A stretch of 64,000 bases of DNA, taken from NCBI GenBank assembly GCA_964270895.1, contig OZ185438.1; one strand, written 5' to 3'. Source of the DNA: Podarcis filfolensis (lineage: Eukaryota). The notes under the pieces were generated by a model. That model did no database searches. It was not told the DNA's origin and saw only the letters and a list, made by a program, of their open reading frames with translations. The number at the start of each line of letters is the position of its first letter. The stretch's first letter is position 1. This document shows, in pieces, positions 47,632 through 60,197 of this stretch. The position numbers and the translations under genes are program-made.

Positions 47632-48982
47632 GTGGGTATAATATTTGTTTTCCAAAATATTAAGAGATCTGTAAAACTAAACTGAATTTTCTCTTTGATA
47701 AAGGGTTCTATTTAGCAGAAATTGGTGGCCTTTATACTGAAACATACTGAAATTTATAGATGGTTTTTTCCCCCTAATACAGACTACTGGTAAAAAATCA
47801 TGTTTCAATTTGTGGACCAGGTTAGAGGCTCTTTAAAAAACTCCCTTTCACAGCCCTAGACGATAACTGACATAATACTCTTGTGATATACTGTTTTATC
47901 AAAGATGAAAGATCTGTCTTTTATGCTGCTGGTTGGGTAATATTAAAAGTCTTGGTACAAAATACATATCATACCAATATTGGAAAATGTCAATTATTTT
48001 ACAAGCAAAACCTATCCACTTAAGCAAAGTTCTTTATGTGGAAAAATATGGGCAAAGCAATTTTTATTTTCTGTTTTTATGGAACTTTGGAAAACAATGT
48101 CATTTTGTCACATGTTTTAGGGAGATTGAGGTAGTGACATGGCACTGCTATTTTTTTGTGATATCTGTGTGCTTCCCGTAACTCCTAATTCCATTATAAG
48201 ATTATCTTAACGGTGTGCCCTCTAAAGAAAATGCAGAGAGCACACTGTTGAGTTGATGAATTGTATTCATGTTTGTTAAATCGGTTTGCAATCTGTCTTC
48301 ATGCAGTTCTTGGTATATTATCCCAACGAGAATTACTGCACAGCTTCAGCCTGGGTGTGGAAACCATATGACCCTTAGTTGGAGGAAAGGGGGTTGGTTC
48401 ATCAATGCCCTGATGCGTTTTTCTTCATCCTAGCCTCTCCACAGCCCCTTTTGCAAGCTTTGGTGCTGCATCTCATTGGCCTGCTCTTCCCAAGCATTTT
48501 GTAGCATGGCTTCCAAACTGCTGACATCTCTCTGCCAACCCTCAAGGTCCTACAGGGTCTTGTGATAATGCAGGAGGGTGTGTTGCCATGGTGCTCTGAC
48601 AACTTTTCACTACCTTGACCTCCTTGTTGCTGGGATAGGCACCTGCCATGCCAGCAATGGAGCTCCTGAATCCTACCACATCCAGCAAAAGGTGGGGGGA
48701 CATATTCTTACCTGTTGGCCATGACTGCTAAAGTGGTGCTCCTTACTCTCATATGCTGCAATCACCTTTTCTTTCAACCTCCTGGAGGCTGTACTAGATC
48801 CATCTCTCCGAACTACTTACCAATCAAGCCCAGCCTTTCTAACTGAACATAAAAGAATATTTAAAAATGTATAAGCTTAAGAGAAATAATGGCTTTGCTT
48901 ATAGCTTCAGTTAAAGTGAGAAATGCTGTGTTTAGTTTAAAAATACATGATCACAAACTATTTTTTAAATTGTTTTTCCTAG

Positions 48983-49054
48983 AATGTAACAAAACTGTCT
49001 GTGAAGGAAAGGCTGGGCTTTGTACCTAAACCACCTATTCCAACCACTGAAAAG
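48983..49054 (+). CDS. RBM26: RBM26 exon 14 (72-nt symmetric, probable cassette)
   Basis: TCCTAG|AAT; NVTKLSVKERLGFVPKPPIPTTEK; |GTAAGG; phase 0/0. Confidence 0.92.
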
Positions 49055-50414
49055 GTAAGGAAATAATCGTGCCCTTGAACTGTCACATAGCAATAATATC
49101 ACATGCACACTTAGCATAGGTGCTTCTAATGTCCATTAAACATGTGAATGCAAAATGATTGCATGCTTCTTCCTCTCCTCCTCCTCCTCCTTCTCCTTCT
49201 TCCACTGAATAGAACTCTGCAGTGAATTTAACACAACTAAACCTTGCTGACAAAGTTAAGATGAAATAAAGTTTTCAGTATATATAGCCGTCTTCATGAA
49301 ACCTAAATGGTTGCGGTTTGGGCAGGAGCTTGCATGACAGGGTTGTTATTTGTAATACTAAATTGAGATTGGGCCTGTGAATGAAGAGTGGACAGAATTA
49401 TGGTACGTTGGAAATGGCCTCTGAGATCTGGTGACAGGCATCCCTTACCGTGATTCTACTTCTTTTGAGGTCTAGGATATTCAGTAAGAGTTGAAACTGC
49501 ATGGGTGAGCTGCCTTCTTCCTGAAAACTCTGAATGTTCCTAGTGAGTGAGGGGTAGCTTCTGCTGAGTTCTGCTTTTTGCTTTCGGTGTTGCTTTTGCT
49601 GTTGTCTTACTGCTTGCCCAGTCTGCTTGGGTGCGTGACCTGCATCTCGCAGGATTGAGATGCTGCTCCCTTCTAGAGCTCTTCTGTTCTGCTTGGTGAA
49701 AACTGCATGATAGAAAGGGGAAAGAGAGGTTGTCTGGAATGGGTGCAGCATCTTCATCTACTGCTGCCCTTGGATTGTGGACTTAGCTTCTTGCCTTTGC
49801 TGAACCAATATACGTGAAATGTGCTTCAGGATCATTTGACTTGGATAAAATTGCTCACGCTTAGTGCTATAAGCTTTCTGAAAGCTAGTTGGAAGCCCTG
49901 TTTATGTCTTACTTGTATGTTGGACATAAAAGCACGTAGAGCAAGGAGCAGGGATATGCTTTTAGGCCTGCCCACAGCATTGTGTGTTTTTCCTTCTCCC
50001 CACAAATGTAGCGCTGTGTGTGGTTGTGTTAACGGACAGCCCAGTGTGCAGACTCTTGCTCACGAGTAGTGGCTCCACATGAACAGGGCACTTCCATGAT
50101 CAGGTGTCCTGATTGAGTGCATCAGGAACTCAACATGTTGGACTTTTTGTTCATACAACATTTGATGGTTTTTGAGGAGTGGGGAAAGACTCAGTTCATG
50201 CTAAGAACACAGCCCAGCTGCTTGTTCTAAATACTTATTATGCCCTACTTGCAAGTAATGTGTGAATAGGGTCAGTGTTGCAGAAAAGGGGGTGGGAGAA
50301 TAACCTTAAATTAAGGTCATGCATGTTTGTGAATGCTTAAAATAGATTTGACACCCTAGAATTCATTTCTAGTGCCTGTTAAAGGAATATTTTGAAAATA
50401 GTTTCCTTCTATAG

Positions 50415-50520
50415 GTGTTATCTACTTCTACTTTGACATAGCTTCAATATACATATTAACAAACTGCTTGACTTGGTAGCATTGCTTCTGTATTTGATGA
50501 CGCGCAATACAAAATAAGAC
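50415..50520 (+). pseudogene. Decayed duplicate of RBM26 exon 15 with retained acceptor (3' boundary approximate)
   Basis: 50401-50432 matches 51715-51746 at 30/32 nt, then TTGACA after a 3-nt gap. Reads VLSTSTLT* (TAG 50439-50441). Confidence 0.7.
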
Positions 50521-51728
50521 TGGTTCTGATTTTTTTATTTGTGAATCCTTTCGTTTGTGACACAGTGTGAGGCAAGAGAGTTAACACCTTTCCCCCCCTT
50601 ATTGTTTTTTCCCCCTGCGTGTGGGTTGGGTGATGAATAAGATCTGTGCTAAGCTTATAGAGCATATTTCTGAGACTTGTTTCTTAGACCGTAATATTCA
50701 GTACTGCATAGCAAAACTCTCTTGAAGCCGAGAAATGTTTAAAAGCAATTTTGTATGGCAGGGTGGCAATCTGCCGTTCAAAGGGGAAAGTCAGCAATCC
50801 CACTGGACATCCTCAGACATTAAGCAACAACCATTTGGGGGTGAGCGGGTAGGGATCAGCGGAGAATCTGCTTCCAGGTTTTACTGTGCTAGGAACTTCT
50901 GAGAAGAACATTAATCTCTGTATAGTTTGTGTTTTTCAATGAAAGACTTTTTAGCGATATAGAAATTCTTAGGTTTGCTAAGCAGATATCTCCCTTGGCT
51001 ATAGAGCTACTATATCCTAGGGTTCTGTAGTCAGCAGAGTACTTATGTGTCTTGCTTGTATACTTGGGTGTAAGCGATCAACTTGTTCCACAGTGGGAAT
51101 GAATCTCTCCCCAAGTCAATTTTACTGAGTTGTTGTGTTTCATCCCCCAATACTGCATAATGCTTGGCTTGCATGCAGCTTGGCTTGCTTGTTTATTTGA
51201 GCTATATGTTTTTTAACCAACCATATTCCATGTTGGATATATTGCTTCTTTCTAGGATGCTAGGGACATACAAATATCTCGGGCAATTGCTGGCAGCTGG
51301 GAATTGATCTTATTAGCTATATTCCGGCTGTGGAATTCTATGACTTTGTAACTACATCACTTGCCAGCACTTAAAATATTCACCCCAAAATAAGTGAAGA
51401 AATGAGAACTCCCATCTCTTCATTAACTGTTTATATTGCATCGTCTGATTCATATAGAAACTGCGAGGCACAACTTTCGTGCTGAAACAGAGGCACATGT
51501 TGATAAAGCTCAAATAGATTGTTTTCTACAACATATGGAAAACAATTCTGACCTTAGAGGCAGTCCTAGCCTGTCTTTAAATTGACATGAGTCTGTTTAC
51601 TCCATTTTTTATGTTCATGCCATCTTTGCAATCACAGCAATAAGCATCTGTCTTGGAGTAATATACTTTGAATCCTATATTTACGAATTCTTTATTTACT
51701 AGCAAAATAAAATGGTTTCCTTCTGTAG

Positions 51729-51857
51729 GTGTTGTCTACTTCTACTGGCTTGACAAAAACAGTGTATAACCCAGCTGCTTTGAAAGCAGCGCAGAAAATG
51801 TTGCCTGTTGTTAACAGTTCCATGCTAGATTCTAGTGAAGCACAGAAGAAAAAACAG
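51729..51857 (+). CDS. RBM26: RBM26 exon 15
   Basis: CTGTAG|GTG; VLSTSTGLTKTVYNPAALKAAQK...EAQKKKQ; |GTAAAT; 129 nt. Confidence 0.95.
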
Positions 51858-54800
51858 GTAAATTGAACTCTGCTTATTTATAAAACAGCAATAATTTATT
51901 TAGAAATTTGCAACATCTAGAACATAGTTTGCCATGATTGCTTATTCCTGAAGAAGCTGGATACTGTGCCTTTGCCAGAATCTCTGTCAAGTTCTGAAAA
52001 TTATTTCAAAAGTTGCAGTTTGAGATGTTTTGTTGGTGCACCTTCTCAGTAAAGGCTAAACCTGAATCTGCTTTCATGGACACATTTTAGGAAGAGGGGT
52101 AATTTTCTCCTTGCTACCTAAGGCAGTGGGTTGTTAGATGCTATTTGATTATCTTACTTGGCTTCTAGGGTTGCAGAAGATTTGTTACATTGTACTCAGA
52201 CCAATTGTTAGAATTTAGTTATGTGAATTATTTTTCTATTTCATAATATTTATATACCGCTTGAATGTTAAGAAAAAACCCCAAAGCGATTTACAAAAAG
52301 ATAAGACAGTTGTAATTGCAGTTGTGCTTGTAGGTGAAGGATGCCTTTCTTACATCGGATCAGGCCAGATGCAGCCTAAAGCTTTCTGATCATCTAACAA
52401 CGATTAGATTGAAGATGCCCCCTTCTCTGCGCCTTCCCCTCTTTTTAACAGATTCCCTTCCCTTCCATTTTTCGAGCTAACTGTGCTGTAGTGTCCTGTC
52501 CTCACTTAGTGTGCTTGCTAAAAAACGCTTAACTCCAAATCAGTTGCAGCCAATGTTAGTGGTGGGTTTGTAAACTGAAGGTTGAGCAGTTCATGGCTAG
52601 TGGAAATTCAGGTGCAGATTTAGTGCTATATCAGCATTATAAAGCAAAATGGAAGGAGGATTTATGTGCAGAAGCAAAGGAGAATGTAGGGGAAGTTCCA
52701 TATGAGTTGCTCATATCTTGTGACTTTCATTAGACTTGGTTTGGTACCTAACTTCTGGTATTCAGTGCCTACATAGAAGTAATACCATCATGAATTACGT
52801 CTGGCCTGCTTAATCCCTGTACTGTGGACAAAAGAACACAAACGATGACCTCTACACGATAAAGCACAATGAGCTATTGAAGATCTTACACTCAAAAGCA
52901 TGAAAGAAACATCTTCAGTACCAATTAATGAAATGCCCTTAGCCCCAAGTAGCAGTTTAATCTTGTGTTGATCTTAAGGACAGAACTTTGTTTCATGTTA
53001 CATTTTTCAGTAGTATGTATTTTCTGCTGCTGTTCTTCCTGCTTAGCTTTCTGAGTCGTCACTTTTTTCACAACATAGTGAACCAGTTTTCTTCTTACCT
53101 TTTTTAGCAATGCACTTCATCTTTGGGTGTATTCATCTCCCTTTTCTAGAGTTAAATAATCCTGAACAATCTCTGCCTTGAGCTGCTGCTTCTCTTCTCT
53201 TAACGTCTTACATTTTCTCATTATCCTTGGAGAGGAGACTTCTTTCTTTTTTCACTTGATGTGGACAAGCGTAAAATGTTTTATCGGCATTTTCCTTTCA
53301 GGGCTGTAAGTTTCCAACATCAGATTTGCAGTATTCTGCACAGTATTTCGCTGAAGAAACCCTAGTATAAAAACATAATATTGTGCACATTCATTTTCAG
53401 AATGTCAAACCATTTTTCATTAGTTGAAAAATTTTTATCAGTGTATAGTTAGGGGAAGGTAATTAGTATTTGAACTTTGCTATGGGCAAGAGAATTTATT
53501 TGAATGCTGGGGTAGGTGATAAGATCTTCAGAACAGGGATGCAGCTGGTAAAATTTATCAGGAGATGCGAACTCTGGTATTCATACATGTAACACCTAGT
53601 GGTAGAAATCATTTGACATTCTGCATACTTCATTTTGCAGTAAGATAAATAAACTTGGTAAATTTACTTCCTAATGTCCCAAGATTAGCAACACATCTGT
53701 GTTATCTAAGTAAATCAGACAATTCACCAATTGAAACTCTTGCATTATCCAGTTTAGTCTCCAAACATAACAATTTGGAATCATTTATTGACCTTTGCAT
53801 TTCTCTGTATGCTCTGGATTATTCGGGGAAAGGCCTTGAGTGATACTCAGCTAAGTTTTACTTAGAGTAGACCTCTTGGAATTACTAGCGCTTAGTCATG
53901 TTCATTAATTTAAATGGGTCTACTCTGAATAAGTTGAATAGCATCTCTTCAGTTTGGTGCCCAACTTTGGTTAAGAGATGCCACATAGAGCTAATATGCG
54001 CAATATATCTGAAACATTGACACTTAATTCTAATGTTTTAGAATTTCTATGCATATGTTCTAATAAAAAGGGGTGAGATCCATAGTTACCTGCTTTCAGA
54101 AACAAGTTTGATTTCTTACAAATCTGGTATTCCTATTAACCACTTTAGAAAGTTGTCATGATAAAAGAGTTTCTTTCACTTCTCTTGCAAGCTCAGATTT
54201 GTTTCAGCTACCACAGAAAAATCAATAAAATAAAATCCATTTGATCAAATATTTTGGAAGGGTTCTCTTATTGCATCACATTTTCTTCGATTGTAAATCA
54301 GACATGAATGGGATTCACCTCCATTTGAAAACAACTGGATTACTCAGTACTGTAGTCCCATTAATGTAGTAGTTCTGCAGGCTGGTTTCTTCATTTGCAG
54401 AGGCCAAATATGCAGATTTCTTTCTCAGAGGCCATTGATTCAGAATAACCCAGATTTGTGTCACATCTTTTTGTATTTAATCATTGGGAAAAGCAATTCC
54501 TCTAATTTCCTTGCATATTAATCATATTTGTCACCAGAAATTGAGTTTCTGGGTATCTTGCTCTGAAAGTCACGATGCAGGTGGTTCAGTGCTTTAAGAA
54601 ATTGTTCTTGAGGAGAACAAGCTGGTTTTGGAATAGCAAAATAGGCTACATAGAGTTACAGCGATTTCCTTAATTTAGAGTCTTACATGCTTTGTGACAA
54701 ATTTTCTCTGTTAAACTGTTTTGAATTTCACTTTTGTGCAAGTTATGAAACTGAAGTATATGACTGTCATTACTGTGTCTTGCCTCAAAATGGAAAACTT

Positions 54801-55772
54801 TCTGCTATTTTTTTTTTTAAAAAAACAAACTTCATTTGCAATTCCTTATTCAAAGAGTCATGGAAAGTTCAAACAGAAAGGAAACAAGGAATTCAGAATC
54901 ATTTACTGAAGCAGTCCTAAGAGTGCATTCCAGATTTAATGAATTGCATTTCCTTGCTATGTGTATCTATTTTTCTGTAGGCTCTTAATTCATATTAGTT
55001 GGAAATCCAATATATTTTCAATATTTCTGTTAATTTAGCTACTAGAAAGGTGCAATTCAGCCATAAAAGTTATGCATCCTCCAGACCCCTAACTTTAGAA
55101 ATGCTCCAACAAATCCTGTAAACAGCACAGAATTAGTAATCTTGGAATTCCAGAGTGGCACCTGTGACAAAAAGTATTGCACAAAAAGCTCTAAATATAT
55201 AAATGGTGCAATGGTGCAGCATCCCCATAGTAAAGTGTGGAACCTTGCACTTCTTAATCCTGAATATGGTAAGGGAGTGTACAAGTGTCCAGAGGAGCAG
55301 ATATAACACAAGCATTTGGTCCAAAATATCGGTTGTCAAATGATGGAACTGCATATACTGCTGTTCTGTGTCAATTATAAATATAGGAAGAGATGATATC
55401 ACATAACCATTCAAGGCGAGATTCCATGTATTGTTAGCTCAAGATGTTTGAGAACTGACATTGTGCAAGTGGTAGCATGCAGAGTTTAATAATAGTAGCT
55501 GCATTAGGGGCTGAATATGATCTTTCACAAATGCAAAATACCCATTGGATTCTGCTGTTGTGCTACACTAAGACATAGGCACGAGTTAGCGGTATGGCTG
55601 CCATTATTGGAGATCACCTTCAGCATGCTCATGCTCAGTCACATCAGTTCTTTCCACATTATTGGTTTATTCTAATAGGACAGAATATATGGTTAAATGG
55701 GTGGAATTACGCAGTTACTCATCAGCTTATGTTTAACAATGGGTGATAATAATTGTGTTTTTATGCTTCCAG

Positions 55773-55847
55773 GAGGCACTAAGACTTCAGCAAGACGTGA
55801 GAAAGAAAAAGCAAGAGATTTTAGAAAAGCACATTGAAACACAAAAG
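55773..55847 (+). CDS. RBM26: RBM26 exon 16 (coiled coil)
   Basis: TTCCAG|GAG; EALRLQQDVRKKKQEILEKHIETQK; |GTAAAT; 75 nt. Confidence 0.95.
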
Positions 55848-57123
55848 GTAAATGTATACATTAATGCAACTGGACTACTGTTGAATAATATTAATAATCA
55901 TTGATGTATTGTAAGACAGTGCTACTCAAAGTGGTGGTCCATGTACTGATGTTGGTCCACAAGCCATCACTTGCTGGTCCATGACCCCATCACAGCCCAG
56001 GTTGAATAAGATACTTCAGGAACCAAATAATGGCATATTGTGGGTGGGTTGTTGATCCACCACAGCAACATAGTTTGAGAAGCAATGTTGTAAGATACAG
56101 TGCTCGCTACGTCATCGTAAAATCCTGTGCTGTAAAGGTTGCTAAGCAGTGATTCAGGTAAAACACAAATCTTACTTATCATTCCAGGGCTCATAGGGAT
56201 CCCACTAAAATTAATGAATCTGGGGCGGTGTGAGCTTGTGCACACCCAGATGAAACTTTGCAAGTAAAACAGAAAGTGGTGATGGAATTAATGGGGTGGA
56301 AGCCTCTTCCTCCGTATCCTAGGTATTAGTCTGTGTTATTTGAGTGGAATTCCGCTTGGGTCGCCAACCAAAAATCCACTCTGGAAGGTCCAAACTGTGT
56401 GAGGTGATGCCACAGGGCTGAAGGGAGAACTAGCGAAGAATTGCCCTCCCACTTTCATTCATGGAAGCCCCTGCGGAAGGTAAAACACTCCTTCCAAGAA
56501 CAAAATAACTCCTTCCGTGGACAGAACCTTTTGGATCTGGCTCATGGAAAAATAATTCCAGATTCTCAGCTGAAGCAATCCATGCTATTCACAGCTGGTG
56601 TTACTACCAAGCTAGTACTACTTTAAGAATATGGGTTTTAACAGCATAAAAAATCTTCCCAAGTCAAGTTGTGGAGAGCTTCTACAAATTCAGTTCAAAT
56701 CTGCCAAACGCTGCCAAGCTTTTCCACGAGTTGTCCTAGCCGTTCTTTCCCAGCTCTTCACAGAGGAGAGCACAGTTTACAAATTTGTAGAAGAGTTATA
56801 AGAATGACTAGTTGGATTCTGTATTGGAGTGTTCTCAATGCATCTTTCAAAGCACACTAAGTTTGGTGTGAAGACTTTAGTTCCTACATCAGAATTTAAG
56901 GGTTGCCTAATTCCTCTCTCCAGTTGGAGCTGTTTTCCATGGATGTTGGTGCCATTTTGGATATTTGGCAGGTTTCCTTATGTATGGATAATTATTTTTT
57001 TTAAAAAAACTTGTGTCTTCATAAATGCGTGCGATGGTGGGGAGCTTAGATAAACTTCCTTCAAAGATGAAAAATAACCCACGCGCAAAGGATTCCTGTT
57101 AGTAATATGTGTAATTTCAATAG

Positions 57124-57294
57124 ATGCTGATTTCAAAACTGGAGAAGAATAAAACGATGAAATCGGAGGACAAAGCTGAAATCATGAAAACTCTGGAGAC
57201 CTTGACTAACAGCATTACCAAGTTAAAGGATGAATTGAAAGGGGTCTCCACTCCAGCAAGCACTCCCCTGAAAAACATGAAAACAAAAACACAG
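57124..57294 (+). CDS. RBM26: RBM26 exon 17
   Basis: CAATAG|ATG; MLISKLEKNKTMKSEDKAEIMKTL...KTKTQ; |GTATCT; 171 nt. Confidence 0.95.
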
Positions 57295-57603
57295 GTATCT
57301 GTATTTTGTCATCATTGGATGCTTTTAATCTTTCTTTTCTTTAAATCATTTTCTTTTGATCTATAAGTTTGCTGCGGAAAGCTGGGAGCGGATGCATTGA
57401 TCACATTTTTGTTTTGCTTATCCTCCAAGATAACATACATAGGACTCTCTCTTTCCCACCACCACAATCCCATGAAATAGATAAGACTGAGAAGTAGTGA
57501 CTTGCTTAAAACCACCAAGTGACCTTTATGGCTGACTAGAAGTTTGAATCCATTCACCTGTCACTGGTGGGTCATTACAACACACCAAGGTCATGCTAAA
57601 TCC

Positions 57604-57924
57604 AAACCACGGAGCCTAGGACTTGCTGATCAGAAGGTCAGCGGTTCGAATCCCCGCGACAGGGTGACGTCCCGTTGTTTGGTCCCAGCTCCTGCCCACC
57701 TAGCAGTTCGAAAGCATGTCAAAGTGCAAGTAGATAAGGTAAATGGCGGGAAGGTAAACGGTGTTTCCGTTCGCTGCTCTGGTTTGCCAGAAGCGGCTTA
57801 GTCATGCTGGCCACATGACCCGGAAGCTGTACGCCGGCTCCCTTGGCCAATAAAGCGAGATGAGTGTTGCAACCCCAGAGTTGGCCATGACGGGACCTAA
57901 TGGTCAGGGGTCCCTTTACCTTTA
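57604..57924 (+). mobile_element. Sauria SINE, 5'-truncated
   Basis: Aligns to 15312-15667 from AAACCAC onward; ends CCCTTTACCTTTA. Confidence 0.9.
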
Positions 57925-58201
57925 AGGCAGTTTTCAGTGTGGGAGAGGAGGAGACAATTTTTGAAATTTGAGAAAAATAAAACTGCATTACCCTCCTGGA
58001 TTTATACCCCGTTAAAAAAAGAAGTAGGCCCATATGCTAACCTAGCAATCATCCTTCTCATAGATGTCAGCTAATGTTTCTTTTGAAGACGTTCCCCCTG
58101 AAACTTGAAACATTGTAATGCTCTATGGGAGTCTGGCTATTTACTCCCATGTTTTCTGCACGAGTTAAGAAATGCATACTAAATTGCTTAGTATCCCTTA
58201 G

Positions 58202-58306
58202 ATGCAAAAAGAACTACTGGACACTGAGTTGGACTTGTATAAGAAGATGCAGGCAGGCGAAGAAGTCACTGAACTAAGACGAAAGTACACAGAACTGCAG
58301 CTTGAA
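58202..58306 (+). CDS. RBM26: RBM26 exon 18
   Basis: CCTTAG|ATG; MQKELLDTELDLYKKMQAGEEVTELRRKYTELQLE; |GTAAGT; 105 nt. Confidence 0.95.
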
Positions 58307-59490
58307 GTAAGTTTATTTCATTTTTGATGGTCAGCACGGCACTATTCCACATGTATCCCCCCCTCAGTGAATTTGTGTAACAGGAAAAAATAGATTCTTA
58401 CAACATATGACAACATCATACGCATAAAATAAAATATCCCACCCTAACCCAGAAGATGAAGTTTATGCATTATATCCAAAATATCATCCAAATAACTTAA
58501 CTTTGGGAGCAGCATGCATTTTCAAAATGTTCCCCTAGGTGGTGCTGTTGGTGTTTAGAACTGTTAAGCAGTTACTGAAATGTCTGTTTTCAATTCACTG
58601 CCTTTAAAAGAGCGCGAGAACATTGAAAATAATGCATTACCTTAAAATGATTGTATGTTAAGCCCAGACTTCTAGAGTGAAGTGAAATGAATGGCAGAAG
58701 GTCATCTGATGCAAAGTTAGTTCTCTTTCTCTTTGAAACTGAATTTTGCTAATTATTGCTTCCCAATTCTTATCGGTTTGCAAAGCATATTAAAATGAAG
58801 TGTTACGTAATGTCAGCTTGATCAGCATTCTTTCATATTTCATTTCTTTGGAAGTGCCTTTAGCAGGCCTAAACTTCATACACTGGCATTTGCTGCCCTG
58901 TTAGGTGCTGACTCAGTGCAGCGTACCCATGGGGAGAGAGCCTGTAATCCCATCAGGAACATAGTATTTCCTAAATGGGGCAGACATGAATTTGGCCCAG
59001 GACAAAACAGACTGACCACTACCACATATTAGAGAGATAAGAAAATGAATGGGTGGATTTAAGCATCTGGAATGATCAAATGTCTTTGGGAGTCCTAGAA
59101 TCTGTGCCTGAGTATGAAAGTTGTTGCATGTAATTGCTCTGGGTTGTGTTTCAAGAGGTTTGCTATTCAAGGTGACTTGGGGTGGTGTTGCAAAGGGAAT
59201 AAGCTGTCAATTGGCAAGTCTGGCTCAGATCTTACCTCTGCCATAAATTCCTGAGGTAGCATTAGACTTGCTTTTCCCAAACTTGGGTCTCCAGCTATTT
59301 TTGGACTACAACTCCCACCATCCCTAGCTAGCAAGACCAGTGGTCAGGGATGAAGGGAATTGCAGTCTGAAAACAGTTTGGGAAACACTGCAATTAGACA
59401 ATCTCCCCGAGTCCCCATTTACAATGTGGAAAGAATAACAATACTGGTATATCATTGAGATGTTTTAAGGTTTACAAGTAGCATAAGTAC

Positions 59491-59933
59491 AGACCCTCGT
59501 ACCTACGGGACCGCCTCTCCTGGTATGTCCCACAGAGGAACTTACGGTCTTCAAACAAAAACATCTTGAAGGTCCCAGGCCACAGAGAGGTTAGGCTGGC
59601 CTCAACTAGAGCCAGGGCTCTTTCGGCTGTGGCTCCGATCTGGTGGAACGCTCTGCCACAAGAGACTAGGGCCCTGCAGGACTTGACATCTTTCCGCAGG
59701 GCCTGCAAGACAGAGCTGATCCACCAGGCCTTTGGCCAAGGCACAGCCTGACCCCCTCCTTTGGCAATCTTCACAGAACTGTAGCCCAGTGGTTGCCATC
59801 AATTTGATTTGAATTAATTTTGTAATGAAATGATTTTAGAATGTTGTATTATTTTATTGTTGTTAGCCGCCCTGAGCCCGGCTTCAGCTGGGGAGGGCGG
59901 GATATAAATAAAATTTATTATTATTATTATTAT
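59491..59933 (+). mobile_element. 5'-truncated L2 LINE (boundaries approximate)
   Basis: RLASTRARALSAVAPIWWNALPQETRALQDLTSFRRACKTELI; same family as 9601-10116; TTA-type tail. Confidence 0.88.
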
Positions 59934-59987
59934 AACACATATGTATTAGCTTGGCTTGTATTAGATGTTGTTGTTATTTCATGTTAG

Positions 59988-60197
59988 GCTGCGAAACGAG
60001 GGATTTTGTCCTCGGGTCGTGGGAGAGGAATTCATACACGAGGTCGCGGTGCGTCTCGCGGCAGAGGCAGGGGAGGACGAGGCCGGGGTCGGGGAAGAGG
60101 TGTTCCTATCCATGCCGTGGTAGATCATCGTCCAAGGGCACTTGAAATCTCTGCTTTTACAGAGAACGACCGAGAAGATCTCCTCCCACATTTTGCG
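59988..60197 (+). CDS. RBM26: RBM26 exon 19 (RGG region, RRM2 start)
   Basis: TGTTAG|GCT; AAKRGILSSGRGRG...DHRPRALEISAFTENDREDLLPHFA; |GTATGT; 210 nt. Confidence 0.95.

Noticed and set aside
50625-50680. GTGATGA...CTGA pair resembling C/D snoRNA boxes
   Set aside because: Span is too short and there is no terminal stem. Other intronic TGATGA hits also lacked a suitable D box.
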